A stretch of 63,566 nucleotides of DNA, counting the filler, from Octopus bimaculoides (Eukaryota): NCBI RefSeq assembly GCF_001194135.2. It is 10 parts of 7 records of this genome, joined end to end, with 100 filler letters (N's around TTAATTAATTAA, not from the genome) between each part and the next. Parts side by side here need not be neighbours in the genome. Positions count along the whole stretch, not along the records: positions 59,851 to 62,264 come from NC_068997.1; positions 62,365 to 63,566 come from NC_068988.1; 8 more parts are not named here. One strand, written 5' to 3'. The notes beneath the pieces are model-generated. The model was not told where the DNA came from, did no database searches, and saw nothing but the letters and a program-made list of their open reading frames with translations. The position numbers were made by a program, and so were the translations under genes. Positions 62,233 through 63,566 of the stretch are shown in pieces (position 1 is the first letter of the stretch; every line of letters starts with the position of its first letter).

Positions 62233-63413
62233 ATATGTATGTATATATATATATATATATATATNNNNNNNNNNNNNNNNNNNNNNNNNNNNNNNNNNNN
62301 NNNNNNNNTTAATTAATTAANNNNNNNNNNNNNNNNNNNNNNNNNNNNNNNNNNNNNNNNNNNNTATATATATATATATATATGCATATATATGTATTAA
62401 TATATACATTTTATTTTTTTGTCTTATTAACCTTTATGTGTGTAAGATAGATTCATGAAAATACAAACCAAATTTCCAAGCAGATACATCACGCGTAAAA
62501 TAAACATACATGGGATCTGTCAGGACTCAACTGCTGCAAGAATTTAAAACCCGGCGCTGATGATTTTCTCAGTTATAACGGTTTTCCCATGATACTTTGC
62601 GACTTGCTGCAAAGTGCACAAACAACATGTAACCTTTGTTGTCATTTCATTTTGATAAATGGATTAAACAAAGCAATAATGCCAAAGTAAACATAGACAA
62701 CAAATAAGGAAATATGCAAAATGCCGAATAAAATTATCAAACTGAGGCGTCGTCGTATATTTAATATGTACGGGTTTAGCCCTTTGCCTGTCCTATGTAT
62801 TACATGTGATACATAGGGCATATTTAACCAGCGTCCATTCGTCATATATGATACACATTCCCAATACTTTTCAACGCTAGAGAAACTTGGGTCTAATGAA
62901 ATGAAAGCTTTGTATTACTCAACAGGTGTAAAACAAGGACTAAATAATAGTCTGAAAACAAGCATGGGCGTTTAGGACAAACTTATGAAACTGTTTTGGA
63001 CAGGCAAAAGATATAAGTATATAATATGTTTACATAATCATGCACTGTGTAAAAGGAACAGGTACGACTTCTCTGAGGAGTGATTAACAAACCAGGAAAC
63101 AATAGGTGACGCACACCCTTTGTACAGTAAGAATACGATCACATTCTTAATTCACGTAAAGTGATACTTTGTAATATTTAAGTTGTTCTTCTCATCAACG
63201 CTATGTTGTGCATAAAATAGATATCGTTGTGCATAATACACACGAACATATATGAGAGCTTGTGAAAATTCATGTATGTTTGTATGTTTGTATATATGTA
63301 TGTATCAATCTGTCTACCAGTCTGTTTATCTAACTCAGAGTAGCAAGAGAATGGTTTGGCTACATTAAAACATTATTGATCACTATTCCGGTGCTGAGTT
63401 AACACTAAACGGA

Positions 63414-63458
<45 letters not shown>

Positions 63459-63527
63459 GTCTATCCATCTATCTATATATATTCATAAAGATACACACAC
63501 GTATATACATTCATACATACAAAAACA

Positions 63528-63566
<39 letters not shown>

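Noticed and set aside
62427-62800. piggyBac-like element from TTAACCTTT/TTAGCCCTTT starts
   Set aside because: No matching opposite terminus or transposase motif found.

Overview
AT-rich, gap-ridden eukaryotic (animal) genomic DNA dominated by microsatellites and decayed transposons. The SINE families, microsatellite load and zinc-finger style suggest a coleoid cephalopod, probably Octopus; this is an inference, not a database match. The only convincing intact gene is a C2H2 zinc-finger ORF (45443-47452, +) with one large coding exon and 22 finger repeats, 20 of them canonical. It is followed by decayed finger relics. The rest is Penelope-like elements (GIY-YIG and RT fragments), R4/Dong-type RLE LINE fragments, RTE and CR1/L2-type LINE fragments, three Tc1/mariner families, a Tigger-like MITE, Helitron-like termini, three tRNA-derived SINE families and tandem or fold-back repeats. 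The best find is a minimal type I hammerhead ribozyme with an intact core (22437-22497, -) inside a 326-bp terminally redundant non-coding unit, which looks like a retrozyme. Several degenerate hammerheads occur elsewhere, and two of them share a homologous downstream sequence. Nine N44-TTAATTAATTAA-N44 blocks are assembly linkers, so adjacency across them is uncertain. TE boundaries were set by eye and are approximate.
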